Counted from the stretch's first letter, positions 39,410 through 53,775 are shown. The stretch is 64,000 nt of DNA from Cycas panzhihuaensis (GCA_023213395.1 CM041465.1:137337741-137401740), one strand, 5' to 3'. Translations and numbers: made by a program. Notes: generated by a model not told the origin, from the sequence alone.

Positions 39410-42400
39410 ACTAACTTTAAGGGCAAATAGTGAGATGAACTTTTCTCCTTTCTTATTCTCTTATGCTTAACATCTATCACTAGTAATAACAACCATTCTA
39501 AATAATAGGATTCAAATTACTGGCACATTTAAGTAAGAAAAGTACATGGCATGGTCAACTACAAATTGTTGTAGTGATTGAAATACTAGGTTGATTATGA
39601 CTACAAGAATATAACTGCTATAACTACTTCAAGACATACTAATTAATAGATATGGATAATAGACCCAACCTTGCATCAATAATAGACAAGAACCAGGTCT
39701 TAGACAAAAGCTTAGAAAAAATGATAAGTGATAGAATTGAAGCTTAAGTTAGAAAACAAGGGAAGGGAATACTTGACGGATAATGATATGTTAAATGAAG
39801 AGCAATATCAAGACAAGCATGGATTTGTGAAATCAAGTATAGGAGAATCCACATCAAATAGTAATAAAAGTGAAAGCACAACACTAATAAGGAAGGGTGA
39901 AAATGGGGCAAGATGCAAAAATAAAGGGAGAATGTCAAGGAGGGAACATAAACCACAAGGTAAAAAGAACATAAGTAAATGAAGAAACAAGGGATATAGA
40001 AAGCATACAAAGAAAGGTGAGTCAAATAGAAGCTTTGAAAGCTCGGGGACTACCTCTAGCTCAAAGGACACTTATAGTTCTAATAGTCTCGATGAGTCTA
40101 ATATGTAATCTTTATGGAGTCTAGAAAGACGACATCACTTGTTATGAACTAATACCCACCCCTTTTTAGGTGAACCAACATGTTTATTGGGTAATGAAAA
40201 CCTTTTGCATCATATTTAAGATGTAGAGGATCAAAGGAAGAACATTATGGAGTCGTAATAAGGTAAAATAATATAAGAATAACTTATATATAATAGATGA
40301 GATGAATATTATTTAAACGTTATTAGAGATATAATTTAAAGGGTCGTAAACTTAGGGTTTTAAAAGGTGACACCAATGCATAATATATATTACACTGGGT
40401 AAGGATACACGTAAAAATTGCCATAGCTATTGCAATGCATGATATGAAGCGATTTATAATATATGGATAACGCAATAGAGCAAGGCAAAGTTTTGAATGA
40501 TATATGCACACCGCAATCGACAAAAATGACTACGTGGCTATAAGAGGCAGCAGACGAATCGGAAGAGATGATGATAGCGAAGGAATCTACCGACTCCAAG
40601 AGAAATTAAATAAGGCGACGGAAAAATTAAGGATGCAGAGAATGAAGAGATGTAGGCAGAACAAGATGACCTCTGATAATGGAAGGAAAAGACGAACAGA
40701 TGACGATGAAGGAACACTATGTAATAATAGAGAACAATAGCAAAAATAGGCAGGAACGATGAACGTAGGAAATGATTCTGATAATGATGGAATGTAGACG
40801 CACAAACCTGTAATGTCCAAAAACGATGGTGACACATATGTGTGTTGGAAAACACGCCACAAATATGTATATATGAATTACGTGAGGGTGAACTTCGTAC
40901 ATACGCATACACCGTATGGACCCAACAAACTAAATCACTGTGTAGCCGCAATGGACTGCACGTTGGATGTTGCAGACTGGCTGTAATAATGTGTAGTGTG
41001 GAGGAGACAGAGGATACAACATAGACCTCCAATGACGACAGGAACGAGGAGATAAATGAAATAGGACGGAAGATTATTGCATATATATGATGGCAAAGCC
41101 GAGAAGAGTGCTTTGATACCACTTGTTACGGATCTTTTCCGTAACTGGAGCACAATTTAAAAGATTCCAAAGAACACAAGTACGCTTGAAAGTAAATTTG
41201 CAGTCAAAAGACCAATTGGTATTTATTGATAAAAATAAGCGATGATCTTCAATACATTGGAGGCCTCATTTATAAGTGCATGATAGGCCTTTTCAATTAT
41301 AAGTTACAACTCTTGGAGATGCCCTTTCACTTTAATTAACAATTACTTAATCCCTTTAAGGTGGTCTGTAACATGTTGCTTTTGAAGAGTTAAGGAGTAC
41401 TTATGACTTTATTTCTTCAAAATTAGTAAGAAAATTAAACTTAGTACCTATGAAAAAAGAACCCACTTGGGTTGAATCAGTTGACGATGAAACACTTAGG
41501 TAAACTAACTTTAAGGGCAAATGGTGAGATGAACTTTTCTCTCTTTGTATTCCCTTATGTCTAACATCTATCATTAGTAATAACAACCATTCTAAATAAT
41601 AGGATTCAAAGGAAAGAACGTGGCATGGTCAACTGCAAATTGTTGCAATGATTGAAATACTAGCTTGATTATGACTATAATAATACAACTGCTATAACTA
41701 CTTGAAGACATACTAATTAGTAAATATGGATAATAGACTCGACCTTGCATCAATTATAGAAAAGAACTGGGTCTTAGAAAAAAGCTTAGAAAAGATGATA
41801 AGTAGTAGAATTAAAACTTAAGTTAGAAAATAAGGGAAGGGAATACTTGATGAATAATGATATGTTAAATGAAGAGCAATATCAAGACAAGCATGGATTT
41901 GTGAAGTCAAGTATAGGAGGATCCACATCAAATAGTAAGAAAAGTGAAAGCACAACAATAATAAGGAACGATAAAAATGGGGCAAGGGGCAAAAACAAAG
42001 GGGGAACGTTAAGGAGGGAGCATAAACTACAAAGTAAAAAGAATGTAAGTAGATGGAGAAACAAGGCATAGAGAAAGCATGCAAAGAAAGGTGAATCAAA
42101 TAGAAGCTTTGAAAGCTTAGGGACTGCCTCTAGCTTGAAGGACACTTACAGTTCTAATAGCCTCAATGAGTCTATTAGAGAATCTTAATCGAGTCTAGAA
42201 AGACGACATCACTTGTTATGAACTAATAGTTGCACATTTTTAAGTGAACTAACATGTTTATTGGGTAATGGCAACCTTTTACATCATATTTAAGATGTAG
42301 AAGATCAAAGTAGGTTATTGTGGTGTCTTATTTTGGAGCATTTGTTATTTGTTGGCTAGCATAGGCAGTAGTGATTCTAAGAGGAGCCCTTGCCTTGAAG

Positions 42401-43950
42401 AGGATTAGCATTCATCTTATTTAACTCATTTTCTATATTATTTTTTTATAATTAGCATATTTTTATTAATTGGTGTTATTTATTAGTCGATATATGTTAT
42501 TAAACCCATTGGATTCATAATATTACCATAAAAGCAAAAGAAGAGAACAAAAGGAAATAAACCAGTATAGTAGAAAATTGAAACTTCTAAACTATGAAGG
42601 AAAAAAGGCATGGGAGAAGAGATAAAAAATTGGATACATAAGCTAAGAAGATACTTTAAGACTAGGTAGTTATATCAAGACCTCAATAACCACATATTAA
42701 TTAATAAGACTTCCACTCACTTAGTGGCATGACAAACTCCATAGTTACAAAACAAAACCAAAGTTTATCCCTTAGAATAAATTAAAAGATTTTTGTAATA
42801 AATTTATCTTTGAAAATTTCTTATAAGATAGTCTAAATGTTTTTTGCAATTTAAAGCGTACAAGCCTTAACATAAGTGAGCATAAAGAAAAATTTGAAAT
42901 CCTTAATAGATTTATACCTATTATCTAAGGAAAGGATCAACTTATAAGATTCATTAATGGATTGAATTGAGAATGTTGCACTTATATATGGGTTGATAAG
43001 CCTAATTTAATGAGAGATATGAAGATCAAAGGAGTGGAGAAAAAAGGAGGAGGGAATGGTTGCATGAAAGGGAAGGTGCTTGCATGGGCAGTACACTTAA
43101 GACACAAAAGAAAGAGATATAAAGTAAGTAGAAAGGACTACCACAAAGACCGGGATAGCAACGAGGATTATTGAAGCATTGAGACTTCTACTAGAGGCCA
43201 TAATAGCTCTTAAGAGGAATAGTCTGGCTGAGATTTATATGGGAAACCTCCTAGGTTAGCTAAGTAATTAAAATCAAGTCCAAAATTAATGAAACAAATT
43301 AAAAACTATAAATTATTGGGAATGCAAAGAAGCACACTCAAGATAGAATTGTTTTTAATTTAGGACATAAAGTCATCCCAAAAGTGTTATAGCTTCGATT
43401 GTAACAGCCTTAATACCCTCACAACAATAGATGCACATACATGTTATAATTCAATTAAGGAAAATATATATGTAATTATCTTTCATGCAAGTAAATGACA
43501 AAATAAATGAATAATATTTCATTGCTTTTGAAGAGTTAAGGAGTACTGATAACTTTATTTCTTCAAAATTAGTAAGAAAATTAAACTTAGTACCTATGAA
43601 AAAAGAACCTACTTGGGTTGAATCAGACGATGAAACACTTAGGTAAACTAATGTTATTTTAGAAAATTTAATGTTTGAGATAAATAAATACCAAATATAT
43701 AGAGATTTTCAATTGCTAGATTTGGGAAAGTATGAAGCCATAATAGGCATGGTTTGCTTAGAATCCATTAGTGCGTATATAGGTTGCCATAATAAGCAAG
43801 TTATTATGACCAAACATCCTAACAGAGTTATTGTTATTTAAGTAAGGAGAGATCCACACAGCTATAGACACTTCTACAAAATAAGTTAAAAGGTGTGCTT
43901 GAAAGGGATGTAAACTTTTCTTTGATTTAATATAAGTAGTCTTTCTTTCT
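39410..43950 (+). mobile_element. Decayed gypsy gag-protease with an internal tandem duplication
   Basis: 39410-40238 matches 41505-42310, and 41376-41508 matches 43522-43650. Gag-like IKNWIHKLRRYFK and RFINGL; protease-like RSTDNFISSKLVRKLNL. Confidence 0.7.
40240..41373 (-). mobile_element. Truncated LTR element: 250-bp LTR (41124-41373), Met-type PBS, non-coding leader
   Basis: TGTTAC...GTAACA termini; minus strand TGGTATCAAAGC at 41121-41110. Confidence 0.75.
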
Positions 43951-44378
43951 CTTTATAGAGAAGAAAACAATTATGTTCTTTCCTTTTCTTTCTAGAATGT
44001 TAATAATTAATTAAATTATTTTCTTTTTATTTTTGTTTAAGAATTACTAATTAAACTATTATGGGGTTCTTATTATTTTAGGGGTATGATTGGGCACTAG
44101 TGACAACTTTTCTACCTATCGATGTTAATAGTGTTAATAGATCATGCCACCTCAACTAAAGAAATTGCCAATTAGACATGGCATATCTCGAGAAGCAAGT
44201 GAGCTATCATTAGTTTAACCTCTCTTTTACTTCCCCAAACCTTGTCCCAACCTCCAACACAAACACACATACTAGATAATGTATTAAGATAATTAAAACA
44301 TAATATACATATATTTACTAGATGATACTTGCACATACAACACACACATTCATATTATAAATGTGTATATTGTTTATT

Positions 44379-44463
44379 ACAATGAATACAAACTATTAGA
44401 TACATATATGAATACAAACTATTATTACAATGAATACAAACTATTATTACAATGAATACAAAC
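44379..44463 (+). repeat. 22-bp minisatellite (~4 copies)
   Basis: (ACA)ATGAATACAAACTATTATT is repeated. Confidence 0.85.
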
Positions 44464-44481
44464 AGCCTTCAATACGGGTAC

Positions 44482-44886
44482 CTGCAGGCATAGTCCCACC
44501 GAAAAAGTTGAGACTCAAATCCAAGTATTTCAATTGTGTCAGTGAAAATACAAATGACCGACCGCCCATTATTCGCCATCGGATAACGAGAAGGATAACG
44601 GTAAGTATAAGGGTAAGGCAAAGAATTGTGGAGGTCAAGTCTGATTATGTGTGACGATGACTATCACACCGGACGCCTTTCCATTGGCGCAGCCGTCTCC
44701 CTTCCACGAAGACAATTTGGTGGGGTGCGCAGCCTTCACTTTAAGCAGAGCCAACCTCTCCTCGCTTAAACATGAAGCCGCTGTCATAGGAGACAATATT
44801 GTTCCACACCATAGCACTGCAAACAGCAGCAATAGTGTTGTCCTGAATGCCAGCAACTCATTTTGTTGTTTCTCTCTCACTTCCAC
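44482..44886 (-). pseudogene. LRR receptor-like protein/kinase N-terminal exon (signal peptide, LRRNT, first LRR), frameshifted
   Basis: TTLLLLFAVLWCG..CLSEERLALLKVK..LSSWKGDGC / QWKGVRCD / HIIRLDLHN / LTQLKYLDLSLNFFGGTMPA, flanked by a TTCCACAG acceptor and a CAG|GT donor. Confidence 0.85.
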
Positions 44887-45954
44887 CTGTGGAAGAGTTA
44901 ACAAATATTCATAAAATTACATCAACATAAGTCAAATTAATTATTCAAAATAATTAAAATATTTATATATCAATTTATAATTAAAATAAACAAATAAAAC
45001 AACAAATTAGATACACAAAAGCAACTAGTTTTTCATCATTAAACGCGTTCACCAATAATTGTTCCTGGTGATTCTATGTCTTCCAAACTCTAATATAGAA
45101 CAATAATTCCATTATGTACTAGAAACAAGAAGAGAAATTTGTAGAACAAAGAGACCATTCATACATCTATTTTTCTACTCTATATTTATTATAAAAGAAC
45201 ACAAGATATTAGTAAAATTTAGGTTGGGAATTAAAATTAAAAGATGAGAGCAAACTATCACATTTATGATACATGGTAGCTTAATTGTTTTCTTCTTATT
45301 CAAGAACAGATGAGAAAATAAGACATAATATTGCTTTTAAACAATCTTCATTGAAAATAATGAAAACACTTCATGTAAAGGGAAAAAATTTAGAAAAAAA
45401 AAATTAAAACAAAATTAGTACATTCATCTACAGACATACTCACCAATAGCTATAGCTATTGATCTTTGGTTCCCAAAGCTTTCAACAAAAGATAATACAA
45501 GATCAATTGTATCATAGAATGGTACCCCAAAACGGGCTCTTATAGGCTAAGGATGTCAACAACGTGGTGTTTGTTTTCCTACTCTTAGGTCCAGAAAAAT
45601 AAGAAATTAGCAAAACACGCGTATGACTTAGACTATGACTGAAAAGTAAAACAATAAGATAGAAAACTCTTGCATTTCAAATACAACATCGTTAAATTAT
45701 TTTTAGTGATAAGATATTGCATTTCAAACACGCCATGGTTCAATTTTTCCTCTTTTGGTCAAGAACATGTAAGAAAATATGGTACACAGAACGAAGATTC
45801 TAGTGCAACATTCAAATCTAAGAGGTGACTTCATATAGTCAAGATATTGAAGAAAATATGCAACTAAATACTTATAGAAACAGACGCATAATATTTTTTT
45901 TTATACAAACTAATAAAAAGGGAATTTATATTTCTCTAAAGCAAATTTTGTTCA

Positions 45955-47090
45955 ATATTATGTTATTCATGGTGATGAAGGCTATAAATTTGTTTCTATA
46001 ACATAATATTTTTTTATATTAATATATTAAATATAAATATTGTAATGTGCAATAATGTCGATTGATGATTTCTTTATTCTGCTTGTACTCGCACATCCAA
46101 TTACTCTACTTTGAATAATAAAAAGTAAGAGAACTCAATAGTGGCAAAGAAAAACAAAAGAAAACTACCCATTAAAATAAAAAACAAACACATCATATAA
46201 TGAATGAGAAGTAACAACTTACATAAGATAATGATAATGTATCATATATTCCACCACTCTTGGTCAATACAAGTGTGATTTATAGGGTTGTGAATAAAAG
46301 TTAAAGTATGATATAGCAAACTATTACATTTCCAATTTGACATACCTTAATTATTTCCTCACTAGTCAAGGATAAATGAGAAGATAAGACATGTAGTACA
46401 AGTTGAGAGTAATGTTTACGACGATGACAAGAAGAAAAATCAAAGCATCTAGACAAGCATAAAGCTTCTAGACAAGAAAAAAAATCAAAGCATCTAGCAA
46501 AGATTAGTAATCTAGGCAAAGCATAAAGCTTCTAGACAAGAAGAAAAATCAAAGCATATAGAAGCATTAGTAATCTAGACAATTACATAATTTTCTTCCT
46601 ACAATACCAATAAATGTGTATATATACTTATGAGATGGAAAGAATCATATCAACATAATCTTGAGATTGGAAATATATTTATGTAGGTTCTATAAAGCAA
46701 ATGCATGTGATTTTTCTCCATCTAAATTGTAAAAGGAAGTTTATTCTAGTTTACATTTATTTTAATAAAATTTCACTAGATATTATGTTGTTCATGACAA
46801 TTAAATTGAAAGTTATGAATTTGGAAATATAATATAATATATATTTTTATTAGTATGTTGAAAAGAGATATTATGATGTATAATAATGTGTTATGGCAAT
46901 TCCATTCTTTTGTTTGTACTCACACATCAATAATAATATCATTATAACTTTGTCTTTAATAATAAAAAGGAAAGATAATGCTTTAGTGGCAAAGAAAAAA
47001 GAAAAGCAAAAACTATTCATTGAAATAAAGAACAAGTGTATCATGTAATGGAATAATGAAATTAGTTTATATGCTAAAGATAATAATAAT
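45955..47090 (+). repeat. Diverged ~280-bp direct repeats flanking a short-unit tandem array (46425-46582)
   Basis: TTGTACTCxCACATC..AATAATAAAAAG..TAGTGGCAAAGAAAAA at ~46085 and ~46915; CTAGACAAGAAGAAAAATCAAAGCAT units. Confidence 0.65.
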
Positions 47091-47280
47091 GCTAAACATA
47101 AGCTAGCAAATTGCCCTTTTAAGGAAAATCCCCAACTAAATACTCCATTATTATTTCAAATAAATGTCTAATTATGTTATTACACCATGATGTGCATTTT
47201 AAATATGGCAATCACCAATATTTTAACCACTAAATTATGCATGATACAAGTAAATATTAGATATTTGACAATATCTTTTA

Positions 47281-50185
47281 ACATCCTCCCTTAATATTGA
47301 CTTTAAGAGGGTATAAAAAGCATCATTATTTCAACCCCTACTTGATGATTTTAGTTATTTTAAGGATTTGTTAAAGCTTGCTAAACTTGTCATTGGCAAG
47401 TGGTTTGGTGAAGACATCTATTCCAAAGGATAAATTTCCAACTAAATAGTTCCATTACTAATCAGGTCATATATAAAAATATGTATAGTTCAATATACTT
47501 AATCTTTGAGTAATGTGCATGATTACTGATAACATAAATAACTCTTTAATTATCAATATGTAATATGATAAACATTTTCAAGAAAAAACCAATTTCATCA
47601 AGTAAAGGTTTGATCCACAAAGTTTCTTTGATTAACTTAACTAATGTATGATATTTAGCCTCAATAATAGAAAGAGTAAGATATTATATCTTCACCGAAC
47701 TATATGATAGGACCGTAACCAAGATGAAAAATATAACTCGTTGTTGACTTTCTTCCACCAATCACTTGTCTAATTAAAATCTGAATAGCTAATCAACTCA
47801 AAATCACCATCAAATTATTCATATTAAAGATCATGATGGATAATACCTTAAAGATATTGTAGAATTTTCTTAACATCATTACAATAAGATTCATAAGGGT
47901 CCCACATAAATCGAGAATAAACACCAATTACGTATGAGATGTTAACTCGAGTATGTCTAATATATCAAATTATTAAGTAAATACTAATATAAAATAACCT
48001 TAATTAGGGGAGAATCATAAATGATGTTGAGTTTTACTCCACTTAAAAATGAGTAAGGGTAGGCTTGCAAGCATCCATTTTAAATTTCTTAAGTAAATCT
48101 ATAATGTAGTTAGGTTGTGAAATTGAAAGACTACTATTTATTTGAAGCACTTGAAATTTAAGAAAATAACAAAGTAAGCCAAAATCAATCATCTCAAAAT
48201 TATTCTTCATGTCATTCTTGATATATAAATAGAAGTAGTATTATAACTAATGATGACCATATCATCTACATAAAGAACTAGAAGTGTAATCTTATTACCT
48301 TGACATCAAAAATAGAGATTGGAATCACTCACACATCTAGAAAATCCATGATTAATAAGATAATGATACTTATTAATTTTTTTTTTTTTAATATTTAGCC
48401 TTAAATGCTTGTTTCAAACAATACAAAGACTTCTTGGATTTACAAACTAGATCATAACTAAATTCATAATTAGGAGGTTAGACCATGCAACTTTGCTCTT
48501 TAAGATCATAATTTAAGAAAAGATTTTTTGACGTCTGTTTGATGAAATTACAATATAAATTTAATATCCAAAGAAATAAAAAACTTGATAATATTTATTT
48601 TAGTAATCATAGGAAAAGTCTCAATATAATTAACTTTATCGATTTCTAAGAAACCTCTAGTTACCAATCTACCTTTATATTTCTTAATATCATAATCAAA
48701 ATAAAATTTTGTTTAATAGACCCATTTGTAACTAGGTTCTTATAAAGGGGAAAAGCATTGCCTCTTATATAATTTTTTTATCAAAGCATCATACTACTCA
48801 GCCATAGTAGCATTCTAAAAGGGATTGTCTTTAATTTCATCAAAAGATTCGTAGTCTTCAAGTTCTATTTCCTTGTCCATAAGAGCATAATTAGCTTGAA
48901 GCATTTAAGTAAAAGTCCTTTTAGGAGTGAAAGAATTATACATATCAAAATTAATTATGGTAAGTGTTTTTTGAAACCATTTAGGTTGTCTTTGAGTATT
49001 TGAAGTTTCAACATCTAAATTTACATTATGAGAATCAACTAAATCATATTAATGACCACCACAAATATGAGAGATAGAAGGAGAAGAAACATGACCACTT
49101 GAGATAGAAATACTTGAGCCAAAAGTAATGCCATGAGATGGAATATGAGTAATGTTATTTATAAGAGGAAGCAAAGAAGCACTAACATACTCATGAGAAG
49201 GATAAATGTATAAACCATTCTCATCAACCTTAGCATAATGATTAATAAATACTTTATTAGAAGTAGGATCAAAGTGTTTATACATTTTATACTCTTTACT
49301 ACAACTTATAAAGATATATCTTGTACTTTTTAAATCTAATATTTTCCTTCATTTATTAGAAATATAAGGTTGTAGAACACTACAAAAGATCTAGAGATAT
49401 GGCACTATAGGTTTCCTACTCAACTATTTTTCTTCAAGAGTAATGTTAAAAACAATACTAACATGTAGATGATTTAATAGATAATTAGTACAAATGATGA
49501 TTTCAACCCATAATTTTAGTTCTAAGCCCTTAAAATATAGTATGTAATATGCCATTTTAACAAGAGTTATGTTTTTCTTCCATACTACACCATTTTATTG
49601 AGGGTATATATAATAGAATATCGAAAATGAATGTCATTCTTCTTTCCAAGGCTTCAACATATTGATTTTATAACCAAATTGATTCTAGAAAAGGGGTTTG
49701 AATTTAAGAAATCTATCAAACAAATCACTTTTTTGTTTAAGAATATAAATCCAATATTTATATGAAAATCGTCAATGAAAGTAAGTAGATATTTTCTTCT
49801 TAATATAGAAGTTACTTGAAATGGTCCACAAATATTAAAGTGTATCAACTCAAGAGAATATTAGGCTTTAAAAATAACCTCAGGAAATAAAGAATCTATG
49901 TGACGTTTCTTATAATACATTCCTCAAAGGCATAATATATTATGGAGAGATTATGAAATAACTATATTATGCTTTTGCAAAATATTTAATTACCCATAGT
50001 TGATATTACCAAATAAAAAATGTTATAACTTATTAAAAGAAACAAAATAAGCAATGTATGAAGAAAAAGCAAATCTCATACCATATTCTTAAACATCATA
50101 CCTTCTACTAGTCCATTCATATCATATAGGTTATATAAACCATTGTTATGATCATTAGTACCTGAAGTAATAACAACCCTATAAC
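47281..50185 (-). mobile_element. Very AT-eroded Ty1/copia pol (IN-RT-RH) with PPT
   Basis: ICGPFQVTS..KYLLTFIDDF, VLYVDD and DVFTKP; minus strand TTAAGGGAGGA followed by TGT at ~47283. Confidence 0.85.
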
Positions 50186-50610
50186 GATCTCCGTAATTCC
50201 TTTTTTACAAAACCTTTTTTTTGTAAATTCAACCTTATAATTTTTTTGACAAAGTTAGTAAACAAAGGTTGCTTGGGAAAGCAAAGAGTGCCCCCGAACG
50301 AGGGGAGCATTCCCTCTGGAGGCCCCAGGGGCAGAAAAGAGCTGCAAAAATGGGTCCAGGATGGCGAAACGAGCTAAACGAGTATAAACTCAGGCATGCA
50401 TAGGAGTGGCACGCAAAACGTGATAAAAGGGCCCTGCGAAAAATGCATTGGAAGGGTGCCATAAATGCATTCGCAAGAAGAAGCGAGTCGAAGGCTATGG
50501 GAGCACAACAGGAGACAAGGCCAGAAGGCAAAGGTGATCTGGGGATAGAGACGATCCAGAGGGCTGTCACGAGGGAGAAAATAGAGACAGTGCCCATTGG
50601 GGTCCCCGCC

Positions 50611-51285
50611 TATATAAGGAAATTCGACAGAAAACAGATTCATTTTCACGGGCTTTTAAGAGAATCCAGAGCCATTCCCTTACGCAGCAGAGCACTACCT
50701 AACTTTGGAGGCACGCAGAGGGAGATTGGACCATTGGATCAGAGCGAGAGGAAAACGGTTGGGACCGTCGAGACGAGATAACGAGTGTTATGTCAGATCC
50801 AGTGAGTGGATCCCACAAAACCCAGCCCATCTCTTGGTTTCAATTTTATTGCTTTTTGTTATTTTTACGTAGGTTTTTGGGACCCATATGAGTGAGAAAA
50901 GGCCTCCCGGAGTTCGAATTGGACCCAGAAAGAGGCAAGATCGGGGCATTAGGCAGCCATGGTCTCAGTGGACCCCGCAGGGCCCACCCAGAAGATTTTT
51001 TTTTATTTTTTTAGGCAGGAAAACCCCCCCTTTTAGGTTGGTGTTGTTCGCACTGCGACAAAGATCGCGGTGCCGCGATCTTTGCCGCGGGGCCCCGATC
51101 ACCAAGGGACTAGTGCCAAACTTCAGGGTACCGCGAAGTTTGGTGCAGTGCGAAGGCAGAACTGCAGAAAAAAGAAGATAGGGGCCTAGGAGGCCCCAAA
51201 TCTCGATCAGGTGGAGCTGATGGGTGGTTGAAGGGATAAAGAGCTAATGTAGGCTAAGATCTTACTAGTTTCATAGTGTTTGCAG
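50611..51285 (+). promoter_or_regulatory. TATA box and 5'-UTR intron of the PMD gene in B
   Basis: TATATAAG at 50611, donor GTGAGT at 50802, acceptor GTGTTTGCAG at 51285 three bases before the ATG. Confidence 0.6.
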
Positions 51286-51288
51286 GCT

Positions 51289-52780
51289 ATGATCATGGTG
51301 GAAACCTGCAAGAACATAGGCATGGCCATGTTGAGCTTCATCGAGATGATGAGCTGGGAGGACAAGGGAGTCCTATGGAGATGCAGGTTGTTGAAGGTGG
51401 TGAGGACACCTCAGTACATGTCGGACGAGAGGCTGCTGATAGACATTGTGTCACACTGGGATCGGAGGAGGCACGTTTTCCACCTATCCCAGGTGGGAGA
51501 TGTAAGAGTGACACCTGGGGACATTAGATGGATAGTAGGAGTACTAGCGACTGGGAGGCCGGTAGCACTAGGAGCGATGCCTAGCAATGAGGTAGCACAC
51601 ATGGAGGCAGCGACATTCTTTACAGGATTAGATAGATGGGAGAGGCGAGGCGTTCCTCTCCAGGATATGGTCATGTCAGGGATTTCTCGAGTGAGGAAAT
51701 TGATTACTTTATGCATTCTGTTCCGGGTTTCCTAGAAACAAAACTATAAGGACATCCCAGGAGGGTGGATGGATGTAGTGTGCCGATGCAAGGCTGACGA
51801 GAGGATGGATCGTCCACTGAGTGGCGAACCTCGCCGCACGCCTAGACGCCATCGAGCAAAGAAGCCGTGGAGGATTGTCATATAACACATTATTACAGTG
51901 TTAGTTTTTTGATCACTGGGGCAAGGGTAGGGGGACCACACCCTATTGTAGAGTGGGCCCCGATGGTCCATGATGGCGACTAGATTGAGAGGGACAGAGG
52001 ACCAGGCTCATGTCTGATGCTCAGTGGAGGCCATATTACTATACCTCCTCACCATGATGGACTATATAGCAAATCCATACAGGGCAGTGAGGTGGGACAA
52101 CGATGATGAGGCAGGAGGGGGTGCCCTGTGAGACGATGAGGGCAGAGATGGAGGTGATGGGGCTGGCCCATCACGACCTGCAGGAGAGGTAGGTCCGTTA
52201 GGGACATCAGGTGGAGGAGCAGGGCCATCTGGGACTGCCGGCACAGAGGCAGGCCCATCAGGGGCTGTAGAGGCGAGCAGGGGGGTAGTGACACTGGCCC
52301 ACAGGCTACAGATCGTGAGGAGATCTGGAGAGGTGACAGTAGAGCCAGTTGCGGAGAGGAGGGAGGCCATAGTAGAGGAGGTACCAGAGGAGGAGGTACT
52401 AGCAGCTGGCAGAGTGCTAGAGGGGGAGGCAATACCGAGTCGAGGCACCTACTGCACTCAAGTGAGACATAGCCTTTTCCTATCATGGTGATAGTGGTAT
52501 AGGAGAGACTTCAGGGGATGGAGGGGAGGCCCCGCATCATAGAGATGGAGCAGGATCGTGTCTAGGTGCGATACGATCGATTGGTTGAGGACATGGTGTC
52601 AAGGTCAGCACGGAGCAAGACACAGACACATACAGTAGTGATGACCTCGAGGAGGCCATGAGACGAAGGGAGCGAGGTAGGGAGCTCAGGGAGACCCAGG
52701 AGGAGTCTCAGAGAGATGTAGTCCCCAGGAGAGGAATCACACCGACCAGGAGATGATGCCCCAGGAGCAGGGCAATAGTA
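51289..52780 (+). pseudogene. PMD (plant mobile domain) gene antisense to element B, with stops and frameshifts after 51735
   Basis: DERLLIDIVSHWDRRRHVFHLSQVGDVRVTPGDIRWIVGVLATGRPV fits the PMD pattern L..lvE.W....htFH...GE.TITL.DV..i.GL...G.PV. Later TLLQC and a G/E-rich tail. Confidence 0.85.
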
Positions 52781-53302
52781 GAGTAGTATGCATGTACTTG
52801 ATTTTTGACAAGGGAAAGCGCGGGCCTCCAAGGGGACCATATATAGAGTCATATGATTGTACCCCCCTATAAGGACACCGGCTTCCCATATGTATGATAC
52901 GACACATGATTTTGATGTATATATAGACAAGGTGATTGGTACCCCATTTTGATATGTGATGATTTGTATATTTTGTTTGATAATTAATATGTATGGTTTG
53001 TATTTTGTTATGATTATTTGTTCAAGTTACACATATTTCTTTTCATGCAAGGCCGTATACCTAACTGGAGCACACACGACCACTAGTAGAGGTGATAGGC
53101 ATATGTGGGGTTAGGAAATAGAGCGACACGGATGTCCACATGGGAGCATAGTGGGATATACAAAGGAAATACTAAGTGAGAGGGGGGAGTAACGATACTC
53201 TAGAGCATCGTCCTAACTGGGGGATGACCAAATAGGAGGACAAGGCCCTAAGGAAGAATGGGAACAAGGGTTCCACGGGAGGAACCAGAAGAAAACAAAA
53301 GA

Positions 53303-53378
53303 GACCATCCCAAACCACCCTTCCACCCATGGCTGGGAGAAAAGGGAACAAACTTAAGATAGTAGTTTAGGCTCATTT
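53303..53378 (-). repeat. Single diverged copy of the post-integrase hairpin unit
   Basis: Minus strand AAATGAGCCTAAACTACTATCTTAAGTTTGTTCCCTTTTCTCCCAGCCATGGGTGGAAGGGTGGTTTGGGATGG. Confidence 0.85.
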
Positions 53379-53406
53379 CAGAGCGTGGACGAGGTGACAG
53401 CAAGGT

Positions 53407-53775
53407 CACGAGTAAAACTTCTTAAGGAATTTCCTGTTAACGGCTTTCTCAAATTCAAGACCCTCCAGGGTGGCGATCCTCAGAGGCGCCTGCACCGAGG
53501 CTCTCGATAATGACAAAGGGCCAACCCATCCGGGCCTCGAATTTGGCCAAGCCATGAAGATATTCCAGTTTGAGGACATGGTCCCCGGGAAACAAAGGAC
53601 GGGAATGAAGATGTTTATCGAGGTCCTTTGTGAGCGAGCTTTGATGCTAGGTTAGCCCGGTAGGTAGCTGCCGCCTCTCACCCAAAGATTCGAGGTCCAA
53701 GAGGCGAGCCTGGTGGATCGACTCCTCATCGATGAGACCCCGAAGAGAAACTCGCAGGGAGGGAATCTCAACTAG
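53407..53775 (-). pseudogene. Integrase C-terminal tail of B
   Basis: [28 protein letters not shown] and EKAVNRKFLKKFYS*. Confidence 0.9.

Noticed and set aside
40538-41122. 194-aa ORF
   Set aside because: It starts inside the PBS of an LTR element and is a low-complexity leader with no domain.
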